Assembly (NCBI GenBank): GCA_003971905.1
Contig: RSEE01000092.1
Span: forward strand, 62,001 to 126,000
Length of the DNA stretch: 64,000 nt
Direction of reading: 5' to 3'
Source of the DNA: Moniliella sp. 'wahieum'
Taxonomy: Eukaryota
The notes under the pieces are model-generated. The model was not told the DNA's origin. It saw nothing but the letters and a program-made list of their open reading frames with translations, and ran no database searches. Made by a program: the position numbers and the translations under genes. Shown here one piece after another: positions 49,784 to 63,108 of the stretch; positions within the stretch are counted from its first letter, which is position 1; every line of letters starts with the position of its first letter.

Positions 49784-50779
49784 GGCGGCAGCAGACAGAC
49801 CGGGAAGAGCAGAGATAGATGGTTGGGGGGCTAGGGGTGCATGCTTGGGGAGAAGACGATGGGGAGAAGACGATGAGGAAGACGATGGGAAGACGATGGA
49901 GAGAAGACGATGGGGAAGACGATGGAGAAGACGATGGGGACGGTGGATGCGTGGGGGCGTGGGTGGAGCAGCGGGAGCAGATCGCATAGCTGACGACTGG
50001 AGGCGAACCCGAGCTGAGCCCGGCTGGGCAGGGGAGAGCGGCGCGGTGCCTGGGCGCGGCAGGCGGTGCTCCGTTTGCTCCCGACGGCGTGGGCTCCGAT
50101 TGGGGTTTGGTGACATGTGGCATGCCCATGCGATGCATGATCGATGATCCCTGCGGCTGGGGGAGAGCGCGTGGGAGCACATCACCCATCCGCCTCACCC
50201 CTGCCCCCCCTCCGCAGGTTAACGTTTAACGTTAAACGTTTAGCCCCTCCCTGGGCCGCCCATCTTCACACGCGTTGTTCCCAGGAACATCGTTTCCAAC
50301 AATAAGTCTGTCATCTGCTGGCTGTCATCCTCATCGATCATCATCTTCTGACCCCTGCCTCCCTCCCCAGGTACACACAAACACACCGCGTTCTCAATAT
50401 CAATCGCAATCGCACGGAGTACGGACAGGAACCAGCTCCACGCCGGCCAAGGCAAAGAAACACACGCCCACCTCCGCCCGCGCGGCCACAAGCGAACAAG
50501 CAGCCACCCCAGACCACCCTTCGCCCCTTGGTGAACGTACGTGGTGAACACGTGAACGAGAACCAAAAGTAAAGAAGAAAAAACAAACACTAATCGAAAA
50601 CGAAAACGAAACCGAACCGAAACCGAAAACGAACACGACGGCGAAACCCAGCCTCAGTCTCACCCATAATCGAATCGCCCATCGACCGGCGCCCATCGAC
50701 CATCAATCATCGACACCTGACGCGTGATGTAGTATGCGACATGGGATCCGAAAAACTCGATACGGCCGCCCGCACCAGC

Positions 50780-53700
50780 TCAAAACTCATCATCCTCCTC
50801 CTCATCCTCCTGCGCACCACCATCCTGGTCCTCACTCAAGTCCAAGTCGCTCTCCACGTACTTGACCTTAGCTGCTGCGCCACGGGGTGCGCGGGTGGAC
50901 CGAGCACGTGGTGGCGGTGGCGGCGCATCCAGCATCGACATTGACACGTCTTCTCCCGAGTCCATCTCAGCTTCCTCCGAGTCCGAGGGCACGGCCGCCT
51001 TGGCGTGCCCTTTGCCCTTTGCAGGAGCCTTGGGCTTGGCGGGCGCTTTGGACGGTGCTTTGGACGGTGCTTTGGGTTTGGCAGTCGCCCTAGCTGCTGC
51101 CTTGGCTGGTGCCTTAGCTGGTGCCTTAGCTGGTGCCTTAGATGGTACCACTTCGTCCATATCGGAATCGGACAAGTACACACCACCGGTTTCGTCTGCA
51201 CGGGCAAAGTAGTTTGGGTAGCTGTCTTGGCAAGGCCCAGACCCAAAGCCGGTCTCTTCGTAGCCACCAACCCTCCAACTCATCGTCATCCAATGCCGTC
51301 GAAGCCGTCCGTTTGACCGAAGTGGATCGACTGCTACTCGCTGCCGACTTACCGCTCCCGGCCCTGGCTCCAGCACCGCCGCCCAAAGGTGAGGTCGAAG
51401 GCAAGCCCACCCCAACCCCAACCCCGAGCCCGAGCCCGATTGCCGAAGCAATGCCCAAGTAGATGCCGATGCCGAAGCCGCCGGATCAGACTTGATGCGT
51501 GGCTTGGGTTCGGTCTTGGGTGTGGCCTTGGCCTTGGCCGCTGGCTTAGCAGCGACTTTACGCCTGGCAGCAGGTTGGGCTTAAACTCGTCATCCGAGTT
51601 GTCCAGGTCAGAAACGACGCCCGAGGCACGACGTCGAGCTGCGCCTCCTGCTTTAGCCTGGACCCCACCTGCTTTCGTGGACATTTTCATACGGTGTGCG
51701 TCGCGTGCCAAGCCCTTGGCGTCCTGGTCCAACAAGCGTTCCCACTCAACTTGCACCCGGTCCAAATCTTGAATCCACAAGTCTTTCGGCGTAAAGCCAA
51801 GAAGTCGATTCAGTTCTTCTTCCTTGGCGTCGCGCTGGGCTAGAAGCTGCGCCACTTTCTCCGCTGTCAGGTATAGATCGCCATGGACAACAAAGTAATC
51901 GTAATCGCTGTCGGCACCGCCTTCATCTTCGTCCTCCGAATCCGCCTGCTCGGCCGTCGTCTTGGCCCGGACCACTTTGGGCAAGGACGGAACCCCTTGG
52001 GCGCGCAAGTCGGCACCACGGCAGATCGTTTGCGCTGCATCACATTCAGTTCCTTGTCGATGATCATCTTGACAAAGCGCGCTTGGTTCTGCAAACGTGA
52101 ATAGGACTCCTTGAGCGTCTCTACCAAAAAGTCCTAACCGGCGCACCACCCCATCAAATCATCAGTTAGTTCACCTTTTCCACTCGAGCAAACACGAAAA
52201 AAATAAAAAAGACAATACCAAAGGACCAGGCGCGTACCTTGCGTTTATGGTAATAGCTCAGCCGGAGCAGATAAAAGTCCTCTAAGATCTCGACGGTGGA
52301 GGTGTACCGTTTGATCTTGCCTTCGGGATCAAAGAGGACCATATTGACGTGTTTTTGGTCGAAGCCAACTTGAAAAACGTTTCGGGTCCCTTGGCACGGA
52401 TTTCCTCCTCTCCCTTCGGGGTCAGGTACACAATAAAGTGCACCGTCTTGTCCGTGTGGTACTCTTTGTAATCCTTCACCAACGCCGGCAACGACTTGTC
52501 GGGCGAGACGAGCGTCTCGATGAACTCCTTGTAGTTCGACGTCCAGGTCTGGATGGGCAACTCGGTGATCTCCCACGCGGACCAATCGCCTTCAGTAACC
52601 GGGTGGGCCAGCCCGGAAACTTTATATTTGTCTGTCCGATCTGCTCAATCGGTCCGGTAAAGCCACGGTACCATGGGTGCATCGGGACAAACTCCCCACC
52701 GGACAAACGAGAACGCAAGTTGGCAATGATGTCCAACGGATTAAAGTTGGGCATGTTGGTGCTCCATCCGGTCCCAATGCCATCCGAACCATTGATCAGG
52801 ACCGTCGGCAAAGTGGGGATGTACCATTCCGGCTCGATGCTTTGGCCTTCTTCGTTGAGGTAGGTGAGGAGCATGTCATCGTCCGGGTGGAAGATCATGC
52901 GTGTGGATTCAGGCATGGAAGTATAGATGTACCTGGGCGCGGCGGCATCCTTACCGCCCATGGCACGGGTACCAAATTGACCACTGGGAGAAAGCAGGTT
53001 CAAGTTGTTGGACCCAACAAACGTCTGCGCCAGACCCACGATGGTTTGGTACAGACTCGTCTCGCCGTGGTGATATGCCGTATGGTCCGCCACATACGCA
53101 CCAAACTGGGCCACCTTGCTTCGGTCTTAGGACTGAGCTTGCGCTTAAACGCACCAAAGATGATCTTCCGCTGGCCCGGCTTGAGACCATCCACAACCGA
53201 AGGAATGGAACGCATGTTGTCCGCCATCGAGAAAAGGATGAGTTCCTTGTTGATAAAGTCGGACACGGGGATCGTATCGATGTTGTGGTTCAAGTATGTG
53301 CCCGGCTTGAATTGGCGCAGCCACTCTTTCCGCTCATCTGCCTTCTTCTTCTGAAAGCCAAGTCGATCAGCTGACGATCTTCGGGCGTGGTGGGTTCAAA
53401 CGGAAGCATATGGGTGTTCATCTTGCGGAAATACTTTTTCATATCGGCCGCATTCGAAGTACCGAGACCCTTGTTACTTGATCCGCCAGCCCGCGCCATT
53501 GTTATGTTCTTCCTTCCACTGTTCGTATTCTGGAATGGTAAAGAAGGAGACTTCCTGTGTCCCCTTGGTGGCCTTGACAATGGAGTGATAAACTCCACCA
53601 AAAAGTTCGGGATCTTAAGGAGAGAAGGGTAAAAGGCATCAAAAAGTTTATGATCAGGCCCTTGATGTGGGAACCATCGTGGTCCTGGTCAGTCATGATC

Positions 53701-55558
53701 ATCAATGACCCGTACCGGAGTGATTGGACATCGGTATAGTTGTGTCCGTGGCGCAGACCTAGAATTTCCTTGATGTGGTTGATCTCCTTGTTCTTGACTA
53801 CTTGATCGTGGCTCGCCTCACGTACGTTGAGCAATTTGCCACGGAGCGGGAACACACCATAGTTGTCTCGCCCACCTCCGACAGACCCGACACAGCCAAC
53901 GCCTTGGCCGAGTCACCTTCGGTTAAGATCAAGGTGCAGTTCTTGCTCTTGGCGCCTGTACCCGCATTGTTGGCATCCTCCAGTTTGGCAATACCAGTGA
54001 TACGACGGCGCTTGGCCCCATCTGTCCGGGTCAAGGCCTTGTTTGCTGAAAGTGGGAAAAGTTCTTGACCTCTTCGATCACATCAGACTTGAGCACCTTT
54101 TTCTCAAACGCTTCACTCATCGTCCATTTGGATCCAAACTTGGTGGATTTGAGCGTGAGCGTCTCCTTGGTCTGGCCGTCAAACGTGGGATTGACGATCT
54201 GGCAGTTGACAAATAGGAAACAGTAGTTGCGCACCTGGGTCGGCTTGACCGTCTCCTTCTTTTTGGCAAGATACTCGACGATACGCTGAACGATCTGGTG
54301 CTCGACAAAGTCAACATGGCGACCGCCTTTGATGGTGGCAATGTTGTTGACAAATGACACTTGCCGGAACGAACCATCGGACACGGCGAATGCCACCTCC
54401 CATATTTTCCCCTTGTCCTCACGGACTCGTAGATGATGGTGGGCTTGGCCTCTGGGGAGGCGACGCCATCAGCGTATCGCTGGTATTATTCATCGATTGG
54501 ACTGCCTTGACGTACATTTCCGTGTACTGCTTAAAGTTGGAGATCTTGATCCGTTCGCCATTCAACCAAACATTGACGTTCTTGACTGTGCCAGCCATGT
54601 CGTACACACGCTTCATCATCAGCGCCTCAATGTCGTCGTCAATCCCCCCATACGGAAACGAGCAAAGTCAGGCTTGAAGGTGATGCGGGTAAAGTCCTGC
54701 TTGCCCTTGGTGATGCTGGGCTTGCCAGCTTTGGACATGTTGTTGGAAAAGACTTGGCGGTACTTCTTCTCCTTGTCCTTGTTGCCCGTCTCGACGACAA
54801 ACTCGGTAGAGTAAATGTTGGCAAGCTTGGCACCATACCCGTTCCGCCCCCGTCACCTTGTCCTCCTCGTCATCGTAGTTGGACGAGGTGAGGAGGTTGC
54901 CAAAGATCAGCTCAGGAATCCACATGTTCTCCTTCTCGTGAATCTCAATCGGGATTCCACGCCCATTGTTCTCGACGCTGATCGAGCCTGCCTCCTTGTC
55001 GATGACCACCTTCAAAACGACATGTCCGGGTCGCGCACCTGAATAGCAAGAGAGGGGGGGGGGGTCAATTACATGCTATGCGGAGGCGCGGGAGGGGGAC
55101 ACACCTTGTTGTCGGCCGCATTCACGAGGATTTCATCAAAGATCTTGTAAAAGCCCGGGACATAGTTCGTCTTGCGCAGAACCATCTGCTGGGTGGTCTT
55201 GTCAACACCCAGAGCTCATCGGTCTGGAGCTCAATGGAGCCAATGTACGTGTCGGGGCGGAGGAGGACATGCTCGAGCTGGGTCAGCTTCTGGTACGTCT
55301 CGGTCGCCGTCTTGTTCTTTGCAGCAGCGGTCTGGGGCAGGGCAGGGGCAGGGGCAGCGGCGGGGCGGTCGAGGGCGTGGGGCGGTCGAGGCTCGTGTCG
55401 GCCGAGGGCGGGGTGGAGTCCGAGTCGTTGGCGCGGCGGGGCGCGAGGGGCTGCTTGCGCGGGCGGGCGCGGGCGGCGGGCGCTTTCTTCTTGGGCGGCG
55501 GGGCCGGCGCAAAGTCGGAGTGGTCGTCGGAGAGCGCAAAGTCCGACTCGTCCGACAT
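50780..55558 (-). CDS. TOP2: DNA topoisomerase II
   Basis: YQKLTQLEHVLLRPDTYIGS, NNGRGIP, LILTEGDSA, FPLRGKLLNVR, IMTDQDHDGSHIKGL, SIPSVVDGLKPGQRK, catalytic AAAPRYIYT and GIGTGWST. Introns at 55039-55104 and 52134-52237. Many indels. Confidence 0.98.
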
Positions 55559-55940
55559 GGCGGCGGGGGGATGCGATGGATGGAGAAGAGGAAGAGGAAG
55601 CGGAGCGGCGATGAGAGGAGCGATGGCTGCCCCGCCCGACCTGCGCGCCTTCCCCCCTTTGTTTTTCTGACGCGCTGCCGCATCTGCCGCCACGGCGCCA
55701 CTGTTCGCGGTGTTGATCGCACGCCCCCCCGTGCATTCCGCCGGCGGACCCTGGTGCACGTGACTACCTGGCCTCGCCCCAAGTCACGTGCTCCGCAGCA
55801 CCCCTGATCGATTGCCGTTTATCTCGATTGCGCAGTTATAACCTGGTTGAAGTGGGATGCGGTGGATTGCATCTCAAAACACTCCATACAGAAGACAGCC
55901 CGCAGCGCAGCGCTTGTATATCGTTTCTCTCCCCCCTGGC

Positions 55941-56942
55941 CTAGTACGGCCCAAACGCAACGATGGCGCTCATCTGCTCACACGCAACCCGTCTCTCGTC
56001 AGTCTCCTCCCCGCCACGCACCATACACCACACCAGGCCACGTACCGCATCACCTTGGCACGCCATAGCGCCCCAAGCGCTGTCTCCCGGTCCATCTGGC
56101 CCTTGATCATCGTCTGTTCAATCACCGTTTCTGGGAACGTCATGTCCTTCTGCGTCGGCGGTGCACTGCGTGGCGCCTCGGTGGCCTCCTTGGTCTCTGC
56201 CTCGGCTGCGATAGGGTCCTGTTGGGTAGGGGGACAAGCACCCGTAGAGAGCAAAGACGTGGTGCCGGCCAGGGGGTCGAGTTTGGTGGTGTGGGCCGGG
56301 GTCACGCTCATGTCGGACGAGTGTGCATCGTCGTCCTGATCAACCGTCTCGCCTGCTGGTCCCTGCGTCCACTGCGTCCCCACCGTCCTGGCTCAACTCT
56401 TGGACCTTCGTAGGCTCCACCTCGGAGGGTGCGCGGGTGAATTCCGAGAGCCACGCTTGACTGCCTGTATCCTCGTGTCGAGCTGGTCAAGTTGCAAGGC
56501 GGATGAATGTGCTGGTGGTGGGTACCGTTGCCGTCGAGGAAGGGCACATTGACGGTTGGCATTAGTTCGGGAGTCTGGTCGGAACGTAAAGCCAATTGGT
56601 TTGCCTCTCCTCCTGTTGCTGCTGCACAATCATCGCATTTCTTCCTGTTGAAGGCGCAAGTGGTGGAACTGAATCAAGGCTGGACAGGGGGAACGGGGAG
56701 GGCAAGAGTAGCGAGGTGTTCTTGCGCTTGTTGCTGAGCAGGTGGGATGTGTAGGATACTGCCCTGGCCAAAGATGATGTACGAGTCGGCCGTGGGGGAC
56801 TTGTACACCTCAGATGTTCCACCACATATGTCTTCCCCGCTCCCGCTTCATCGTGATACGTCGCACGCCTTGGATGGGCACGAGGCCGAGCGCTAGGAGC
56901 GCCTTGCGCTCGCTTTTCTCCCTTGGCCAAGGACGTAGCCAT
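55941..56942 (-). CDS. Divergent nascent polypeptide-associated complex alpha-like protein (NAC domain + UBA-like tail)
   Basis: Frames merged give GEKRA(R)KALLALGLVPIQGVRRITMKR..YVVEH(P)EVYKSPTADSYIIFGQG (NAC domain) and IEQTMIKGQMDRETALGALWRAK(G)DAV (UBA-like). Confidence 0.72.
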
Positions 56943-57747
56943 CTGTGCACAGCGTTGGTGGTGAAGAGTGCAGAGGAGACAGAGGAAGAGGTGATAGGGA
57001 TGGGAAGAGAGCTGGTCCTGGCTAGGGTAAACGTTGAACGTTACCCCCCCCATCCCTGCACAGACAGGTACGGTCTTGGGAGCTTGCGGATCCAAGACAC
57101 TTGCCAAAGCTTGCGCACAGGGCCAAGTGAGTTTGGGGACTGCCCCCGTGCCCGTACGGGGGCACTGGATCGGGGCAGGCACAGCGCCAGTCCCACAGCT
57201 CCCCTGGCCGCTGCGCCACAAGGACTAAAAATAGAGCTGGCCTGCAGCGGTCTGTCCTGTGCGCGTGCTAGCTGCTACGATACTACTACTGCTGGCGCCC
57301 CTGTTCTGTTTCCGGCGTGAGGCCACCGGCACTGCCACCACACTTGACGCCCAACGGGCCCCCTCGGTCCTTGCTCAGCTACGCTCCTGCTCCTGGCCAC
57401 TTCCCCCCCTGTCTGCAGCCCTGCGATGGCGGCATAGCCTACGGTGCGCAGTGGCACACTACAGTACGACCAGCCCAGAAAAAATCCGCATGATCAGATC
57501 TCAGACCTCCATAAATGCATCGCCAGACCATAAATGACAAGCAGAGAGGCCGTTCCCAACGCCAACCGCGGACGTGCCTCGTGCGTAGCAGTGCGTGCAG
57601 TTGCGTCCGCGTTCGCGTCCGCGTCCCACCCAGTCCGGTTGGCCCACCAAAACCAAACGATGAGCAACAATAAGTGAGAATGGATAATCATAAACGAGAA
57701 ATCGGTAACCGGATGTCGATTACCGATTACCGATTACTAGTTACTAG

Positions 57748-60700
57748 TTACTGGCGCTTAGCGCGCGACAGCACGCCAAAGCCTTCGCGGATAACAAGGT
57801 GGAGCGAGGTAGTCATGGTGATATCCTTAAGTTCCTCGGGGGTCAATCCTAGTCCGTCGGAGCCGAGACCCGAAGCGCTCAAGTTGGGCAGCGGGTAAGG
57901 AATGATCAGTTGACCAATTACCTTGGGATGGTACGGAGCTGGCGTCAGTAACCCCAATGGGACACGAGTACGTGCACCCAAGACCAAAGCGCATCGCCAT
58001 GGTCGTTCCGAATCTTCCGGGTCGGAATCGGGATCGGACTCAGCAAGTTCCGACCCGCTTCTGCCTTCTCCCCCAGGGACCGCCGTGGACGTTGTCGATG
58101 CTGGTGCGGTCCCAGCTACGTCCCGCGGGGTGAGGGAGGCGTCATGCTCTACGCGCCGTACGGATCGCGAAGCGGATGCCGAAGTTCGATTTTGGCTTTG
58201 AGACGTCGGCCAAGGAGGAGCGGAGGGCGGTACGACCTAGTCGATCAGCGAGCACGTTGCGGGTCGGACTAGGCTCGCGCGATCCCGATCCCGATCCTGA
58301 TCTTGATCCCGAGCCAGGGAGGTCGAGGGAGACGCCACGTGCATGGCGCGGCGAGTCGAGGGGGAGCGCGTATCGCCATTGGTAAATGTGGCTGAGGAGG
58401 TGGGACGGGCAAATGCGCGTGCGGTTACCCCGCGAGAGGGGACACGGCTGAAGTAGAAGAGCGAGATAACGCCACGGACGATAACGCTACCCCAGCGCTA
58501 GACCCAGCACGTTCCAGTGACGCCAGCGCGGCCGCGCGAGACGCCTCTTTCCCCTTACGCGTCGTGCGCGCTCGGTCTCCCGTGTCCATTCGATCCGAAT
58601 GGGGATCGAGCGCGCGGGAGGGGGTGGCTCGTGCCCACCAGCACGTTCCACCAGGTTGTAGTGCGACCAAACGCTACTGAGCGTTCCACTTGCTGCTGTG
58701 TGATGCCTTGCTCCGTACCGAGCCCATGCTGGCCGATGCACGCAGCGCCGTAGGCTTGACCTCGGCTTCTTGCGGCCCTGTATCAGGCAAAGACGTACGA
58801 AGCCACTTGCGCACCATCCAAACGTACCCCTGCGCACGACGACCGTTCACCCTCCGTTCCACCGGCACCATCGGCACACCTTCTCCGCCACCGAGGTTGA
58901 AGCTGGCCCGCGTGGTGACCGAAGCGGTTTCCGCGTCGTGGCCGCCGTCGCTCCCAAGGGCAGAATCCGGACGTGGGCGAATCAACGACAAGCGTCGTGC
59001 TGTGTCCCTTCTCCGATCTAGGGATGCTCGCGAGCCACTGGTAGAGGTACGAGAGACGCCCACCTTGGGCCCTGTAGGCATGACAGGCACGGCAGAGGCA
59101 GAGGCAGGCGGGGTACGCTGGTTGTTCAGCAGACGCTTGAATCCCGACAAGAGTTTGTTTCCTTCCTCGGTAGACGTGCTGGTTGGCCGACCAAACACAT
59201 TCCTGCGTGGAGGAGACGGGGTGGCGCTCACCATCGACTTGGGCGCAGCAAGTTTGTTGCTTGAGGTGGAGGTGATCCCTTGGTTCAACGACGCCTGTGT
59301 AGATGGAGGAGAGAAACGCCAGCCTTTTGTGGCTGCGCACTTGCAATGCCCGATCCGTTTGACCTGGCGAAGGGTGGTTGAGCCAGCCCGCCAGCAGAGG
59401 TAAATTGGTGGGGGATGCCATTGAAAGAGAGATTGGGATGGGCGTCGCCGCTCTGTGCCCCGTCCTCCTCCTCTTCTTCCGATTGGGTATGCGACCTGCT
59501 TTGAACCGGCTCTAATGGGGTTTTCAGCGGCCGAGGCGAGAGGAGCCCGGTAGGGGAAGTGGGGGGGAAGGGCGCACTGGATGCTTGGGTGAGCGAGTCG
59601 ATATCGTTCACACCAAACACGATCTCGGCCGGTTCAAGCACAGCAAGGTTGTCCAGTTCAAGGAACCCGCGCTTGGTCACTTTGGCCACGCGCTCGTCCG
59701 TGCCCGCATCGGAAATGATGGTGGGCAAGAGGGTGTGGAAGGCAAGGTTGTAGAGAGGAATGATTCTTGAGCGGAAGGTCGAGTGGCTTAGTGTGCTACT
59801 GTGAGCACCACTGGCAACGAACCCAATGTCTCGATCGATTGTTCGCTGCGGTTGGACGCTGTACTCGGTCGTCGTGGCACGTCCGCCCCATTCCCTACCG
59901 ATTGAGAGTGACTTCCCGCCGAATCGCTCTGGCGCATTCGTGGCGCCGAAGGCAAATCGTACTCGGCCGTTGCGTCCCCTCCTTCCGTCGGGGCATCGGG
60001 ACTAAACACAGCATCTTCCGGTAAGACACTGATCCCACTCGCAATGCTGTCAAAGCTCGAGCGAGGGAACGAGTTGCCGGCACTGGTGCTAGACGTATGC
60101 GAGCAGTTTGTGCCCGGTCGATCTCGATTGCGCTTCGAGACGAGCTGGATCTGTAAGTTAAGCGGGTGGACATGTTTCGTCGTGGGGCGGGCGGACCTGG
60201 AGGGATCACAAGGTCGGCGGGGGGGGGGGGGAGGGTTAGAATACAGCAGCGTGATCGAGAGAGCAGAGGAGGACATACGATCACGAGCTGTTCGGGTGGC
60301 AACTTGGCTTTCTGTGCTTGGCGCGTTTCCGCCGAACTTCCACCGAAGGGGGGTGCGGAGAAGCGGAGGGCGCACGCGCAGCCGCACGCGGGGGAGAGGA
60401 CAGATCGACAGAAGGGGGGATATGGTCAAACCTACTTCGCCCTGGAGCGAGGGAGGGAGGCAAACCACTGGCGTATGTGAGTTGCGAGGGTTCTCCTCCT
60501 CCTCCTCCTTCTCCTTCTGCTTCTCCTCTTGGTCAACCAGTGCAAATGGGGGGCCACCAGGCATGTGGAGGGTGCCAGCTGCAGGTGCCAAGGCGTGAGC
60601 GTCGGCCTTGTTTGGCGCTGCTGCTGGCGCTCCTTGGAGGCTGCATAGGGTCGCGATGGAGAATGTCGCCGACGGCAGCGGAGGAAGGAGCGGAGGCCGG

Positions 60701-60953
60701 TGGGATCAGCGGCTGGCCGAGGGTGCGGAGGGGGGCCAAGGCAGCCTGGGCGGAGCGGCCAATGTCGCCAAAGAAGCCGGCGATGGGGCCGGAGGGGGCA
60801 GAGGCAGGGGGAGGGGACGACGCGTAGAGGTTGTCGCCATCGGCCAGATGGGGCTCGTCCTGCCGCCCGAGACGCAGCGGGGCCGAGGGGGAGGCGGCGG
60901 CGGGCAGCGTCGCTGTGGCTGGCGTCGGCGGTGCGGAAGAAGGAGAAGACCAT
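57748..60953 (-). CDS. Conserved basidiomycete hypothetical protein
   Basis: Long coding-like frames with RRAQGYVWMVRKW, SDPEDSERPWRC and a C-terminus PYHPKVIGQLIIPYPLP..LTPEELKDITMTTSLHLVIREGFG. No function assignable. Confidence 0.6.
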
Positions 60954-62218
60954 GGGGGGTGAGGGCCCGTGGGCCGTGGGGGGGCGGTGGGGATGGTGGG
61001 GATGGTGGGATGGTGGGGGCGGCGGAGGCGATGGATGGGGGCTGCTGCGGATGGCGGATGGCGGGAGGATCGTGCGCAGTCCGTACGAGTAGCGAGGCTC
61101 GACTGGGCTCGTCCCTGTGCGCAGAACAGCCCCCGCAGTCACCTGGTCACTACGCTGCACTGCCCCCCTGCGTCGTCTCCCTTGCAACTTGGGACGCCTC
61201 CCTGCATTTCAATTCCAGCCCAGGCCCTGACAAACGCGGTCCAATCTGCATCCGCCTCCGCCGCACCCTCTCTCGCTCTCCCCGACCATCTGTCTGCATC
61301 TCGCCAGCGACACGCTGATACCGACGGCCACTACCTACCAACCCCACGTGGCGCTCCGACTGCGGCCTGCGTTTGGGGACGCCGATTCATTGCATCAGCA
61401 TTGTGTATCCACACAGACAAGACCAGCAGGTGTGCACACACGCAGACGGTCAGGCCCCTCGCGCATGGGCCACGGCTTGAGCGCCACAATCGACCGGATG
61501 GAGTGGCCATGCACTGGCCAAGGGAGCAGCACGCACAGCAATAAGACAGGCAGATTAACCCCCCGTGGACTGACCGAGTATATTTGCGGCACACCAGGAC
61601 CCCTGGTAGTTCCATGCGCCGTCTCGGGTCTCTCGCACACACACAGTGTCAGGAATATACTCAGCATCAACCCATGTTTCAACCCATGTTAAACGACGTC
61701 TTGGCGCTGGGCTGCATCCGTCACCGTGTTGCCCTTTGCTCGTCATCATTTTCTGGTGTCAGTCATCCTTCACGAGCCATGGCCTCGCCTGGCAGCACGC
61801 ACAGCAGAGAGCGTAGGACCCACCACCCCGCCGCACGGGCAACACACCGCGCGGGATCAACGTCAGGATGGGCACCGCCAGGCATGGATGGGCACACGGG
61901 CCAGATCTCAGATTCAGGAGGTGGGAGCGGGGAGCGCTTGTTGCTCGGACAGTCGCCCGGCCGGCGGCGGCAGAGAGTAGGGTTGCGTGGCACGGCGCCT
62001 GTGTCGCTGCTTTCCACGCGCCCCGCCCCGCCGCCGATAAGCAGCGAGGCGGAGCACGTCCCCCTGCTGCTGACGTCAGCCACAGGGCACCGCGCCCGTG
62101 TGGAGCGCGCCGCCCTTCTCGCTCCTGCCGTGGCTCTCACGCCCGCCGAGGCCATCGACATCGCATACCCCGCGCCCGCCCCCTCCGCCCACCGCGCCCT
62201 ACCCCGCCCCCCCCCCCC

Positions 62219-62923
62219 ATGGCCGCCCCGCAGACATTCCAGTTCAAGCTCGTCCTCCTAGGCGAGTCCGCCGTGGGCAAGAGCTCCCTCGTCATGCGCT
62301 TCGTCAAGGACCAGTTCGACGACTACCGCGAGTCCACCATCGGCGCTGCCTTCCTCACCCAGTCCATCCGCCTCGACCCCGCCACCATTGTCAAGTTCGA
62401 GATCTGGGACACGGCCGGCCAGGAACGATACAAGTCCTTGGCCCCCATGTACTACCGCAACGCCAACTGTGCGGTCGTCGTGTACGACGTCACCCAGCCG
62501 GTACGTGCGCTGTCTCCCCCTGCCCTTGTTCGCTTCTCCGCTTCTCCGCTTGCTCCTCTGCTCACCTGCCTTCCTGCCTTCCTCCCGCCCAGTCGTCCCT
62601 CGCCAAGGCCAAGGAGTGGATCGCCGAGCTGCACCGCCAGGCCGACCCCAACATTGTCATTGCATTGGCCGGCAACAAAGCGGATCTGGCCACCGACGCC
62701 AAGGCAGTGCCCACCGAGGAGGCCGAGGCATATGCTGCGCAAGAAGGTCTGCTCTTCATTGAGACCTCGGCCAAATCGGGCCTGCATGTCACCGAGCTCT
62801 TCCGTCTCATCGCCGAGAAGCTCCCTCGTACCCCCCTTCCTCGGCTAGTAAGCCTGCTCAGACCAGGGGCGGCGTGGATCTCAGGGAGGCGCCCAGACCG
62901 ACTCGGACGCATGCAACTGCTAA
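62219..62923 (+). CDS. Rab5-family GTPase (Ypt5/Vps21-like)
   Basis: [30 protein letters not shown] and ETSAK. Intron at 62501-62592. C-terminal prenylation motif CNC* after a small frameshift. Confidence 0.95.
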
Positions 62924-63010
62924 CCGCACCTGTCTCTCCTGGACCTTTTCTCGCCCCCCTTTCGGCCCCCCTCCACTCCTTCGCCTGTCCCCTCTCCCCC
63001 CCTCCTTTCC

Positions 63011-63045
63011 CTCTCTCTCTCCTCCTCTCTCTCTCTCTCTCTCCT

Positions 63046-63100
<55 letters not shown>

Positions 63101-63108
63101 CTCTCTCA
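63011..63108. repeat. (CT)n microsatellite, interrupted
   Basis: Long CT dinucleotide run in the Rab5 3' region. Confidence 0.92.

Noticed and set aside
2295..62923. Pervasive frameshifts as programmed frameshifting, RNA editing or mass pseudogenisation
   Set aside because: They hit essential genes (TOP2, RACK1, PKA) whose amino-acid motifs are otherwise intact. Many are homopolymer shortenings (e.g. TOP2 TGGRNGYG at about 54850), and the two retrotransposon copies differ mainly in C-run length. This is typical long-read consensus error; short-read polishing would settle it.
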